Shown here one piece after another: positions 33,097-42,946 of a DNA stretch of 64,000 nt. The first letter of the stretch is position 1; every line of letters starts with the position of its first letter. Origin of the DNA: Escherichia phage Bf23; sequence record OR083247.1; one strand, 5' to 3'. The notes under the pieces are model-generated. The model saw nothing but the letters and a program-made list of their open reading frames with translations. It was not told the DNA's origin and searched no databases. The translations under genes and the position numbers were made by a program.

Positions 33097-33983
33097 GTAG
33101 AATAACAGAACTACTTGATCTGAAAGGCATTGAATATAAAGACACAGGTGGGGACATCCTCATCTGTTGTCTCAATCCAGATCATGACGATAAACACCCA
33201 AGTTTGCGTATTGACCCTGAAACAGGTATTATGCACTGCTTGAGTTGTGGCTTCGGTAAGGGTATACCGAGCATTTACCATTATTTTAATGAGACTCAGT
33301 ACCGACAGTCCCCAAGGCTATCGCAAGTACGTAAAAAGATTTCAGAGATTAGGAATGGATCAACGAATCTTGCAATCCCTGAATCTGCTTACCTTTTCGA
33401 AGGTGATTTCCGAGGTATAAGTTCTAAGACCTTGAAGAAATATTTTGCTTTCCAACACCAAGCAGACTGGGAAGGCAGAATTGTATTCCCAATCACAGAT
33501 GCTGTTGGACGCAATATCCTATTTTTGGGTCGTTCTATAAACAGTTCTGCCCCTCCTAAATACTTAGTAAAACCAAAACAAGTTTCACCACCAATTTTTC
33601 CTGTACGATATAATACTCCAGTCCTTATTCTAGTTGAAGGCATCTTTGATATGCTAAACCTAGAGGATAATGGTATAGACTATGCTTCTTGTTGCTTTGG
33701 TACACATCAGTTTACTTCGGATAACATTGCAGATAAGTTCAGTCCTTATATTATTGCCGGCGTAAAAGTTGTTGTTATCTTACTAGATAATGATGCTTCT
33801 GGTAATAAAGCTGCACAAGCATTGGCCAAGCTAATTCGTACAAAAACGCGTTTAACACCTATAGTTGCTAACTTTCTTCTGCCTGAAGGTAAAGACCCTG
33901 GTGACTTAAATAAAGAAGAGATTGATATGTTAGCAAAACGTATTGAAATTTTAGTTGCTGAATCGCTTAAAGATTTGGTATAA
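33093..33983 (+). CDS. DnaG-like DNA primase (296 aa)
   Basis: Zinc-binding CC..H..H..C..C N-terminus and Toprim-like LVEGIFD, LLDND motifs. Confidence 0.75.
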   Translation: MSRITELLDLKGIEYKDTGGDILICCLNPDHDDKHPSLRIDPETGIMHCLSCGFGKGIPSIYHYFNETQYRQSPRLSQVRKKISEIRNGSTNLAIPESAYLFEGDFRGISSKTLKKYFAFQHQADWEGRIVFPITDAVGRNILFLGRSINSSAPPKYLVKPKQVSPPIFPVRYNTPVLILVEGIFDMLNLEDNGIDYASCCFGTHQFTSDNIADKFSPYIIAGVKVVVILLDNDASGNKAAQALAKLIRTKTRLTPIVANFLLPEGKDPGDLNKEEIDMLAKRIEILVAESLKDLV

Positions 33984-34009
33984 TAGTCCTAAATAACTGA
34001 GGAGCTACT

Positions 34010-34339
34010 ATGGAATATGTATATATTTATGAGGATGTTCCAGTATACGATAGTATAACACACGAAGAGGTTAAACTAGAGCTGTTTACAGTACTAGAGT
34101 CCCTTAATAAACGGAAGGATTTTCATTTATTTGGTGATCCTAAATTACCTGCATCTTATATTTTCTTTAAAGTAAAAGATACAGGTCAAGAGGTGTATCT
34201 AACTTATGATTGGGCTGTTGTAGAAAATACTGAGCAATCTATGAAAGTGTTAGGCGCTTTTCTGCGTATAGATGAAGAATTTCAGGCACTAGAAAAGCAG
34301 CGCAATGAAATGCGTAAATTACTACATACCTATAAATAG
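34010..34339 (+). CDS. hypothetical protein (109 aa)
   Basis: ORF with RBS GAGGAG. Confidence 0.5.
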   Translation: MEYVYIYEDVPVYDSITHEEVKLELFTVLESLNKRKDFHLFGDPKLPASYIFFKVKDTGQEVYLTYDWAVVENTEQSMKVLGAFLRIDEEFQALEKQRNEMRKLLHTYK

Positions 34340-34342
34340 TAT

Positions 34343-34371
34343 TTGCTATTATCCCAATATTTTGATATAAT
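34343..34371 (+). promoter_or_regulatory. T5-type early promoter (-35 TTGCTA, 17-nt spacer, -10 TATAAT) upstream of the DNA polymerase
   Basis: Consensus hexamers. Confidence 0.7.
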
Positions 34372-34432
34372 ATATTGGTAAGTTAGAGAAGAAACACTGA
34401 AGTTATACTTACTTACCAAGAGGAGATTAAAT

Positions 34433-37000
34433 TTGAAAATCGCAGTAGTTGATAAAGCTCTAAACAACACTCGTTATGATAAACATTTCCAGCTATACGG
34501 CGAGGAAGTTGATGTATTCCATATGTGTAACGAGAAGTTATCCGGTCGTTTGCTCAAAAAGCATATTACCATCGGGACTCCGGAAAACCCATTTGACCCA
34601 AATGATTATGATTTTGTTATACTGGTAGGTGCCGAACCTTTCCTGTACTTTGCAGGTAAGAAAGGTATTGGTGATTATACCGGTAAACGTGTAGAGTATA
34701 ATGGATATGCTAACTGGATTGCGAGTATCAGCCCAGCCCAGTTACACTTTAAACCTGAAATGAAACCAGTTTTTGATGCAACAGTAGAGAATATCCACGA
34801 TATTATCAACGGTCGTGAGAAGATTGCAAAAGCTGGTGATTACCGTCCTATTACTGACCCTGATGAGGCAGAAGAATATATCAAGATGGTGTATAATATG
34901 GTTATCGGACCTGTCGCATTCGACTCCGAAACCTCAGCACTATACTGTCGAGATGGTTATCTGCTTGGTGTTTCTATGTCTCACCAAGAGTATCAGGGTG
35001 TATATATCGATTCTGATTGTCTCACAGAGGTTGCAGTATATTATCTCCAGAAAATTCTGGATAGTGAAAACCACACTATTGTTTTTCACAACTTGAAGTT
35101 TGATATGCACTTTTATAAGTACCATCTGGGGCTTACTTTTGATAAAGCACATAAAGAACGCAGGCTCCATGATACCATGTTGCAGCACTATGTTCTAGAT
35201 GAACGTCGTGGTACTCATGGCTTGAAGTCTCTAGCAATGAAGTATACCGATATGGGTGACTATGACTTTGAACTGGATAAGTTCAAAGATGATTACTGCA
35301 AAGCACATAAAATCAAGAAAGAAGATTTCACCTATGATTTAATTCCGTTTGATATTATGTGGCCTTACGCTGCGAAAGATACAGATGCCACCATACGTTT
35401 GCACAACTTCTTCTTACCAAAGATTGAGAAGAATGAAAAACTTTGCAGTCTGTATTACGATGTTTTGATGCCTGGTTGCGTATTCTTGCAACGTGTTGAA
35501 GATCGTGGTGTACCTATTTCTATCGATCGTTTAAAAGAAGCTCAGTATCAGTTAACCCATAATCTGAATAAAGCCCGTGAGAAACTGTACACTTATCCAG
35601 AAGTTAAACAGCTAGAACAAGATCAGAATGAAGCGTTTAACCCGAACTCTGTTAAGCAACTTCGTGTTCTTCTGTTCGATTATGTTGGTTTGACTCCAAC
35701 TGGTAAGTTAACAGATACTGGGGCAGATTCTACGGATGCAGAAGCTCTGAATGAACTGGCTACGCAGCATCCGATTGCTAAAACTCTTCTAGAGATTCGT
35801 AAGCTGACTAAGCTAATCTCTACTTATGTTGAGAAGATTCTTCTGAGTATTGATGCAGATGGTTGCATTCGTACTGGTTTTCATGAACATATGACTACTT
35901 CTGGTCGTCTGAGTTCTTCTGGCAAACTGAACCTGCAACAGTTACCCCGTGATGAATCTATTATCAAAGGTTGTGTAGTAGCTCCTCCTGGGTATCGTGT
36001 AATCGCGTGGGACTTAACAACTGCGGAAGTTTATTATGCTGCTGTTCTATCTGGGGATAGAAATATGCAACAGGTATTTATCAACATGAGAAATGAACCT
36101 GATAAATACCCAGACTTCCACTCTAACATCGCACACATGGTGTTTAAGCTGCAATGCGAACCCCGTGATGTTAAGAAGTTGTTCCCAGCACTACGTCAGG
36201 CAGCTAAGGCAATTACCTTTGGTATTTTGTATGGTTCTGGCCCAGCTAAAGTAGCTCATTCTGTTAATGAGGCTCTTCTGGAACAGTCTGCTAAAACAGG
36301 CGAACCGTTTGTTGAATGTACTGTTGCGGATGCGAAGGACTATATCGAAACTTACTTCGGTCAGTTCCCACAGCTTAAGCGTTGGATTGATAAGTGCCAC
36401 GATCAGATCAAGAATCATGGATTTATCTATAGTCACTTTGGTCGTAAACGTCGTCTGCATAATATCCATTCCGAAGACCGTGGCGTTCAGGGTGAAGAAA
36501 TTCGTTCTGGATTTAACGCAATCATTCAGTCTGCTTCTTCTGATAGTCTCCTTTTAGGTGCTGTAGATGCAGATAATGAGATCATTTCTCTTGGCTTAGA
36601 ACAAGAGATGAAGATTGTTATGCTGGTTCATGACTCCGTAGTTGCTATTGTTCGCGAGGATTTGATCGACCAGTACAATGAAATCCTGATTCGTAATATT
36701 CAGAAAGACCGTGGTATCAGTATTCCTGGCTGTCCTATTGGTATTGATTCAGATTCTGAAGCTGGAGGTTCTCGTGACTATTCTTGTGGTAAGATGAAGA
36801 AACAGCACCCATCAATCGCTTGTATTGATGATGATGAATATACTCGTTATGTCAAGGGTGTATTACTTGATGCAGAGTTCGAGTATAAGAAACTAGCTGC
36901 AATGGATAAAGAGCATCCAGACCACAGCAAGTACAAGGATGATAAGTTTATTGCTGTATGTAAAGATCTGGATAACGTGAAAAGGATTCTCGGTGCTTAA
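34433..37000 (+). CDS. DNA polymerase, family A (T5 DNA polymerase-like, 855 aa), TTG start
   Basis: 3'-5' exonuclease motifs; motif A-like DL..AE, motif B KAITFGILYG, motif C LVHDS; length matches the T5 polymerase as I recall it. Confidence 0.9.
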   Translation: MKIAVVDKALNNTRYDKHFQLYGEEVDVFHMCNEKLSGRLLKKHITIGTPENPFDPNDYDFVILVGAEPFLYFAGKKGIGDYTGKRVEYNGYANWIASISPAQLHFKPEMKPVFDATVENIHDIINGREKIAKAGDYRPITDPDEAEEYIKMVYNMVIGPVAFDSETSALYCRDGYLLGVSMSHQEYQGVYIDSDCLTEVAVYYLQKILDSENHTIVFHNLKFDMHFYKYHLGLTFDKAHKERRLHDTMLQHYVLDERRGTHGLKSLAMKYTDMGDYDFELDKFKDDYCKAHKIKKEDFTYDLIPFDIMWPYAAKDTDATIRLHNFFLPKIEKNEKLCSLYYDVLMPGCVFLQRVEDRGVPISIDRLKEAQYQLTHNLNKAREKLYTYPEVKQLEQDQNEAFNPNSVKQLRVLLFDYVGLTPTGKLTDTGADSTDAEALNELATQHPIAKTLLEIRKLTKLISTYVEKILLSIDADGCIRTGFHEHMTTSGRLSSSGKLNLQQLPRDESIIKGCVVAPPGYRVIAWDLTTAEVYYAAVLSGDRNMQQVFINMRNEPDKYPDFHSNIAHMVFKLQCEPRDVKKLFPALRQAAKAITFGILYGSGPAKVAHSVNEALLEQSAKTGEPFVECTVADAKDYIETYFGQFPQLKRWIDKCHDQIKNHGFIYSHFGRKRRLHNIHSEDRGVQGEEIRSGFNAIIQSASSDSLLLGAVDADNEIISLGLEQEMKIVMLVHDSVVAIVREDLIDQYNEILIRNIQKDRGISIPGCPIGIDSDSEAGGSRDYSCGKMKKQHPSIACIDDDEYTRYVKGVLLDAEFEYKKLAAMDKEHPDHSKYKDDKFIAVCKDLDNVKRILGA

Positions 37001-37490
37001 TTTCAATCTGCCCGTCTATGCGTTACGGGCGTTTGTATCAATTGAGCAAGAAGGTGATTATTCCGTAATTACAACAAGATATAATAAATATGTGCTAGAT
37101 AACAGGAAGTTGCCTGGCACGTTTTCTCAACGTAGGCTTATTCTATTTGAGAAACGGAAAGAATTACCATACAAGCTCTATCCTATTAGGGGCAGAATAT
37201 CAATGTTGTCTCAATTAGTTGGGTCAAAGCGTAACCAATTTATAGATTCTGATGGAAATCTTATTAATTGGAAGAAAACTACGTTCTATGATGTTGTCAC
37301 CTCTAAAGTTTTACATTCAGCTAGAATTTATAATGGAAAATACCAATGCTATGTGGCTAAAGTCCCTTATCCATTTGTATTATCCTATGTTCCAGCTTAT
37401 ATAAGCTATATTCTGGTAAATAATAGCCCTGTTATTTATCAAGTCCATCAAGAGGAGCCTGAAATTCCTAGACTTAGAATAAAATTATGA
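36993..37490 (+). CDS. hypothetical protein (165 aa) with atypical codon usage
   Basis: Overlaps the polymerase stop and the helicase start; enriched in AGG/AGA/ATA/CTA codons compared with neighbours. Confidence 0.45.
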   Translation: MLNFNLPVYALRAFVSIEQEGDYSVITTRYNKYVLDNRKLPGTFSQRRLILFEKRKELPYKLYPIRGRISMLSQLVGSKRNQFIDSDGNLINWKKTTFYDVVTSKVLHSARIYNGKYQCYVAKVPYPFVLSYVPAYISYILVNNSPVIYQVHQEEPEIPRLRIKL

Positions 37491-38839
37491 AGGTTGTTAT
37501 ATCTAATAAAGCCTATTTCAAGCCCGATGATGAACTTTGGGATTATTGTAGTAAGCAAACCACTTATCACATAGAGACAATGACTAGTAAATACCCTATC
37601 ATGTATAAGAATAGTGGTGTTGTTGCCAAAGAGATTAAGTGGATTCCTATTACGCGTCTGGACTTACTAGATGCTAAAGGAGTAAAATACGAATTAGTCG
37701 ATAAACGCACATTAGCTCCGGTAGATATACCAAAACCTAAGTTCAAGCTGCGTGAAGAAGATCAGCTTCCAATATACGAAGAATGCGATGATACCTGTAT
37801 TATTAATGGTAAGCCTGGATTTGGTAAAACTATCCTAGCCCTTGCACTTGCGTATAAATTTGGCCAGAAAACTTTGGTAATCTGTACGAATACATCCATT
37901 CGTGAAATGTGGGCGGCAGAAGTTCGTAAATGGTTTGGGTTTGAACCAGGCATCATAGGTTCTGGGAAATACAATATTGATCCACCAATTGTAGTCAGTA
38001 ATATTCAAACAGTGAATAAACATGCGAATAATCTTTCTAAAGTATTCGGTACTGTTATAGTTGATGAAGTTCACCATTGTGTGGCTACAACTTTCACTAA
38101 CTTCCTAGAAATATCATGTGCTCGCTATAAAATTGGACTATCTGGTACACTAAAACGAAAAGATGGTTTACAAGTTATGTTCAAAGATTTCTTTGGATAT
38201 AAGATATTTAGCCCACCGGTTAATAATACTGTTGCACCTACAATCCATAGGTACTCCGTGCCTGTTGAGCTATCAGGAAACCAAAACGTACCGTGGGCAT
38301 TACGTGCTAACGATGTGTATAACCATCCTGAATATCGAGAGACTATTATAAACCTAGCACATTTATATGTGAATATGGGACATAAAGTACTCATTGTAAG
38401 TGATAGAACAGAGTTAATCCAAACAGTACTAGAAGCACTATCTCAGCGAGGAGTCACAACCTATGAGATTATTGGCGCAACCCACTTAGATGACCGATTA
38501 AAAATTCAGGAAGATATAGCAAAAGGTGGGCCTTGTGTGCTTGCAGCAGCTCAAAGTATCTTCTCGGAAGGTATTTCCCTTAATGAGCTATCTTGTTTAA
38601 TAATGGGAAGCCTCATTAATAATGAATCTCTCATTGAACAGCTTGCAGGCCGTGTTCAACGTATTGTTGATGGTAAACTCGACCCTATTGTTGTAGATCT
38701 AATTATGAAAGGTGGCACTGGGCTAAGACAGGCTTCTGGACGTATGGCAGTATATCGTAACAATGGGTGGAAAACTATTACTATGACTCCGGAGAAAGCA
38801 GTTCAATTAGCTAAAATTGCATTTGGCAACAGCTCATAA
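37487..38839 (+). CDS. SF2 DNA helicase (T5 D10-like, 450 aa)
   Basis: Walker A GKPGFGKT, DEAH-like VDEVHH, helicase C-terminal motifs. Confidence 0.8.
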   Translation: MKVVISNKAYFKPDDELWDYCSKQTTYHIETMTSKYPIMYKNSGVVAKEIKWIPITRLDLLDAKGVKYELVDKRTLAPVDIPKPKFKLREEDQLPIYEECDDTCIINGKPGFGKTILALALAYKFGQKTLVICTNTSIREMWAAEVRKWFGFEPGIIGSGKYNIDPPIVVSNIQTVNKHANNLSKVFGTVIVDEVHHCVATTFTNFLEISCARYKIGLSGTLKRKDGLQVMFKDFFGYKIFSPPVNNTVAPTIHRYSVPVELSGNQNVPWALRANDVYNHPEYRETIINLAHLYVNMGHKVLIVSDRTELIQTVLEALSQRGVTTYEIIGATHLDDRLKIQEDIAKGGPCVLAAAQSIFSEGISLNELSCLIMGSLINNESLIEQLAGRVQRIVDGKLDPIVVDLIMKGGTGLRQASGRMAVYRNNGWKTITMTPEKAVQLAKIAFGNSS

Positions 38840-38851
38840 ATGATGTATAAT
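38823..38851 (+). promoter_or_regulatory. promoter (-35 TTGGCA, 17-nt spacer, -10 TATAAT) followed by a hairpin terminator
   Basis: Hexamers overlap the helicase 3' end; downstream box ATAAATTTGAGAGAG then hairpin TTCGGA..TCCGAA and an A/T-run. Confidence 0.6.
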
Positions 38852-38923
38852 ATATACATAAATTTGAGAGAGAAAGTTTCGGATTGATAAGAAAGTCCGA
38901 AGCAGAAAAATAAAAATTTTAGT

Positions 38924-38952
38924 TGCTAAATTCTCTCGAAATCTAGTATAAT
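38924..38952 (+). promoter_or_regulatory. promoter (-35 TTGCTA, 18-nt spacer, -10 TATAAT)
   Basis: Consensus hexamers plus downstream ATAAATTCGAGGAG. Confidence 0.55.
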
Positions 38953-39059
38953 ATATACATAAATTCGAGGAGAAAACAAAAATTAAATTCTTCGATTATG
39001 AAAAGCTATACTTACTAGCTAGAGGAAATTCCGACCTAATTATTAAGCTCTTTAAAAGA

Positions 39060-39344
39060 ATGCTTACAGAGCCTGATGCTCACCAATTATTGGTCGGTTC
39101 CTCATTCATTTTGAATGAATCAACAATAGTTGATAATACAAATAAATTGTCTAATAGACAACTGGCAGAATATCTAGGAATTTTAAGTCTACGAAATTAT
39201 GCCGAATACAAGTTTACAAACGATCCTAGCTTGGACATACAATATGTTCCAGTATGGATACCACGTTTAGTAATCGACACTAACCCACTAATCGCAATTA
39301 ACAAATCGAAATTAATCTTTAAAGAGGAAATAAAATATGGCTAA
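39060..39344 (+). CDS. hypothetical protein (94 aa), weakly supported
   Basis: ORF track; no clear RBS, AT-rich codons. Confidence 0.3.
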   Translation: MLTEPDAHQLLVGSSFILNESTIVDNTNKLSNRQLAEYLGILSLRNYAEYKFTNDPSLDIQYVPVWIPRLVIDTNPLIAINKSKLIFKEEIKYG

Positions 39345-40110
39345 GTCTTGGGGCGAAACTACTGGCGGTTCTAACGATAAAATCGAATTCCTGAAGTTCA
39401 ACAACGGTATCACTCGTGTTCGTATCGTTTCTGGTGTTCTTCCACGTTATGTCTATTGGCTGACTAATAAAGAAGGTAGCGTAGCTCCTTTCGAATGTCT
39501 CCGTTTTAACCGCGACAAAGAGAGCTTTGTTCGTGGTAAAGCTGATCCGGTTCATGAGATGGGCTTCTTTGAGAAAGAGCTAGATAAAGATGGTAATCGC
39601 GTTCCGCTGAAACCAAAGAAAAACTATATCGCTTTTGTTATCGACCGTTCTGATAACAAACTGAAAGTAATGGAAGTCAAAGCTACTATTCTGAAAGGCA
39701 TCCAGTCTATCATGAAGCAGTTGAATCTGGCAACTCCGTTTGATATTGATATTTCTATCGAGAAAAAAGGCAAAGGTTTCGATACTGAGTATGATGTACA
39801 ACAGATTGCTGCTATGCAGTTCCAGATTAAGCTGCAAGATCCTAATAGTGCAGAATCTAAGCAATATGCTGCTGATGTAGATCTGATCGGTGAAGCTATG
39901 TGTGACGAAGATGGCGACATCATTAAGTTCGAAAAAGTTCCTTCTCTGGAACAAACCTATCCGGTTCCTACCTATGAAGAGCAGAAAGAAGCAATTCAAG
40001 CCTTCATGGAAGGTCGCGAGAATAAAGATGATGATGCCAAATCTGGTAACAGCAATGCTGGTTCCCAGAAAGGTATTGATCACGAAGCTGCAAGCGATCT
40101 GGATGACTAA
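39337..40110 (+). CDS. putative ssDNA-binding protein (acidic C-terminal tail; 257 aa)
   Basis: High-expression codon usage; acidic tail EAASDLDD typical of SSB-type proteins; replication-module context. Confidence 0.45.
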   Translation: MAKSWGETTGGSNDKIEFLKFNNGITRVRIVSGVLPRYVYWLTNKEGSVAPFECLRFNRDKESFVRGKADPVHEMGFFEKELDKDGNRVPLKPKKNYIAFVIDRSDNKLKVMEVKATILKGIQSIMKQLNLATPFDIDISIEKKGKGFDTEYDVQQIAAMQFQIKLQDPNSAESKQYAADVDLIGEAMCDEDGDIIKFEKVPSLEQTYPVPTYEEQKEAIQAFMEGRENKDDDAKSGNSNAGSQKGIDHEAASDLDD

Positions 40111-40117
40111 TAGATAG

Positions 40118-40141
40118 AGGGGCTTCGGCCCCTTTCTTTTT
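40118..40141 (+). terminator. rho-independent terminator
   Basis: Hairpin AGGGGC-TTCG-GCCCCT followed by a T-run. Confidence 0.65.
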
Positions 40142-40146
40142 AACTT

Positions 40147-41124
40147 ATGAGAATATTATTTAGTGCTGATCATCATATCAAACTAGGACAAGATAAAGTT
40201 CCAAAGGAATGGCAGAAGCGTCGCTTCCTGATGCTAGGAGAACGGTTAAATGATATATTCCATAATCATAACTGTGATCTTCATATTGCTGGTGGTGATA
40301 TACTTGATGTTGCCGACCCGTCGTCAGAAGAAATAGAACTGCTTGAACAGTTCATGTCAAGACTTGACCATCCAGGCAAAATCTTTACTGGAAATCATGA
40401 AATGTTAACTAAAACCATTTCGTGTCTGTATCATTACGCGGGGGTTATTAATAAAGTAACTAGTGGGAAGTGGGAAGTAATTACCAAACCATATCGTTCC
40501 CCTGAATTTGATATTGTTCCATATGATGAGATCCATAAATCTAAGTGGAAACCTCCTGTATCAAAACTATGTTTCACGCATGTTCGTGGTGAAATCCCTC
40601 CACATGTAAAACCAGAAATTGATCTAACTAAGTACAACTGTTATGATACTGTAATTGCTGGCGATTTACATTCTTATACTAATAGCCAGACTATCGGATC
40701 TACTAGACTTCTCTACCCAGGATCTCCATTAACTACATCGTTCCATAGAGAACGCACAAAAGGTACAAATGGTTGTTTTATCGTTGATACCGACACATTA
40801 AAAGTAGAATGGATTGAACTAGGTGATTTACCACAACTGATTCGTAAAACAATCGGAGCAGGTGAAGAGATGGAACCTAGTGATTATGATCGTGTAGTCT
40901 ACGAAGTTACTGGTGACGTTGTTCAATTAAAGTCTATTAAAGACTCTGATTTATTAGATAAGAAGATTAACCATCGAGTTACTAAAGATGCTAAGTTAAA
41001 TCTTGTTGATCTTGATATGTTGGGCGAACTTGAACTTTACTTCCGTGAAGTCGAGAAGCTATCTCAAGGCGACATTGATAGAATCTTGGCTAGAGCTGCG
41101 AAATATGTCAAAGATTACAATTAA
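40147..41124 (+). CDS. SbcD/Mre11-like nuclease (T5 D12-like, 325 aa)
   Basis: Metallophosphoesterase motifs DHH, GD..D, GNHE. Confidence 0.8.
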   Translation: MRILFSADHHIKLGQDKVPKEWQKRRFLMLGERLNDIFHNHNCDLHIAGGDILDVADPSSEEIELLEQFMSRLDHPGKIFTGNHEMLTKTISCLYHYAGVINKVTSGKWEVITKPYRSPEFDIVPYDEIHKSKWKPPVSKLCFTHVRGEIPPHVKPEIDLTKYNCYDTVIAGDLHSYTNSQTIGSTRLLYPGSPLTTSFHRERTKGTNGCFIVDTDTLKVEWIELGDLPQLIRKTIGAGEEMEPSDYDRVVYEVTGDVVQLKSIKDSDLLDKKINHRVTKDAKLNLVDLDMLGELELYFREVEKLSQGDIDRILARAAKYVKDYN

Positions 41125-42943
41125 GACACTAAAATTTAGTAACGTTATGTCTTACGGTAAGGACATCGTAATTCATTTCGATAAGAATCCAGTTACTCAA
41201 TTAATTGGTGGCAATGGGCTAGGGAAGTCCACCATCGCCACGGTTATCGAGGAATTGTTTTATAACAAGAACTCTCGAGGTATCAAGAAGGATGCTCTAT
41301 TCTCCTGGGCTTCTCCGAAGAAAGAGTATGATATGCACGCTTACTTCTCAAAAGATGAAGATGAGTATGAATTGCATAAAGTAGTTAAATCAACTGCTAA
41401 GATTACACTCATTAAGAATGGGGAAGATATTAGCGGACATACGGCAACCCAAACATATAAGATGATTGAAGAAATTATGGGTGGTGACTTTCAAACATTC
41501 ACCAAACTGATTTATCAATCAGTGGGTTCCAACCTAGATTTTCTAAAAGCAACAGATGCAACACGTAAGGCTTTTCTTGTTAATTTGTTCAATCAAGAAC
41601 AGTACAAAGAAATGTCGGAAACTATTAAGGCTGACCGTAAAGAAATAGCAAATACCTTAAATAATTTGCAGGGCCAAATGGCTGTAATTACAAAAATCCT
41701 TAATGGAAAAAATAATCTAGGAACTTTGCAGGAACCTGTAGAAGTACCGGAGTTTGATGAAGAGCCATTAGCACAAGAACTTACTGAATCGAAAATTAAG
41801 GCGGCATTAGCCAAGTCTCAAGAGGCTAATATTACTAAGTTGCGTAATTTGGACAAAGCTGTACAAGTTGCCGAACAATCTTTCGAACCTTTCAAAAATT
41901 TGCCCGCGCCCACCGACCTAAATGAAGAGATCTCGAGTGTTACGCGTGACCTAACGATTGTGACCTCACGTGCGAGCGAAGTTAAGAAACGTTATCAGAA
42001 GTTCAAGCAAGAGGCTTCAAATACTGAATGTCCTACTTGTGGTACTCATCTGGATACAACTGCTGCTCAAAAAGCAATGGATATGGCTAGAGTAGAATAT
42101 GATCCTCTGTTCAAAGAGAAGCAATCTCTTGAAGCTAAGCTAGAACAGTTGAAGAAAGAACAACTTGAGTACGTTGCGTATACTAGAGCAAAGGATGCTT
42201 TGGATAAAGCAGTGGTAGCTAGAGACGAGTTCAAAAATTCAATGAGTGATGCTTCTTTTGAAGAACTCAATGTGCAAATCCTACAGGTGCAAATCCGACA
42301 ACTAGAACAGGAAATCGCTGATGGCCGCTCTAAGGTTGCAATTGCCAAAGAGCATAATGCAAATGTCGAATTAGCCAATGCAAAATATAAAGCAAAGTTA
42401 GAGCAGATTGAGAAAGCAGAAGCAGAAATGACTGAGATTACTTCCAAACTTGATGGAGTAGCCGAAGCTGTAGCTGATCTCGATATTCTAATTGCTGCAT
42501 TGAAAAATCTGGTGGGGTATAAACTAGAGCATAGTGTGAAAGTATTTGAAGAGCTAATTAATAAATACCTTTCTATTATGACTGGCGGTAAATTCGCACT
42601 TGGATTTGAACTAGATGAAACTAAATTACAAGTAGTAATCTTCAATGATGGAAATCGTACCAGTATGGAGAACTGCTCTACTGGTCAGCAAAGTCGAATC
42701 AACCTAGCAACTCTGTTAGCGATTCGTATGCTGTTAACATCTATTAGTAAAGTTAATATTAATCTTCTATTCCTTGATGAAGTAATTAGCTTTATTGATA
42801 CGAAAGGGCTTGATACTCTCGTTGAACTATTAAATGAGGAAGAAAGTCTAAATTCTATCATTGTTTCTCATGGGCATACGCATCCATTAGCTCATAAGAT
42901 TACTGTCAAAAAAGATGCAGAAGGATTTTCCTACTTAGAATAA
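41105..42943 (+). CDS. SbcC/Rad50-like ATPase (T5 D13-like, about 612 aa)
   Basis: Walker A GGNGLGKST, long coiled-coil, Walker B LLFLDEV; start placed at MSKITIK. Confidence 0.8.
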   Translation: MSKITIKTLKFSNVMSYGKDIVIHFDKNPVTQLIGGNGLGKSTIATVIEELFYNKNSRGIKKDALFSWASPKKEYDMHAYFSKDEDEYELHKVVKSTAKITLIKNGEDISGHTATQTYKMIEEIMGGDFQTFTKLIYQSVGSNLDFLKATDATRKAFLVNLFNQEQYKEMSETIKADRKEIANTLNNLQGQMAVITKILNGKNNLGTLQEPVEVPEFDEEPLAQELTESKIKAALAKSQEANITKLRNLDKAVQVAEQSFEPFKNLPAPTDLNEEISSVTRDLTIVTSRASEVKKRYQKFKQEASNTECPTCGTHLDTTAAQKAMDMARVEYDPLFKEKQSLEAKLEQLKKEQLEYVAYTRAKDALDKAVVARDEFKNSMSDASFEELNVQILQVQIRQLEQEIADGRSKVAIAKEHNANVELANAKYKAKLEQIEKAEAEMTEITSKLDGVAEAVADLDILIAALKNLVGYKLEHSVKVFEELINKYLSIMTGGKFALGFELDETKLQVVIFNDGNRTSMENCSTGQQSRINLATLLAIRMLLTSISKVNINLLFLDEVISFIDTKGLDTLVELLNEEESLNSIIVSHGHTHPLAHKITVKKDAEGFSYLE

Positions 42944-42946
42944 AAC

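Noticed and set aside
42067-42645. 192-aa minus-strand Ser/Ala-rich ORF
   Set aside because: It lies entirely inside the SbcC-like gene on the opposite strand. The low-complexity translation is typical of antisense reading of a coiled-coil coding region.
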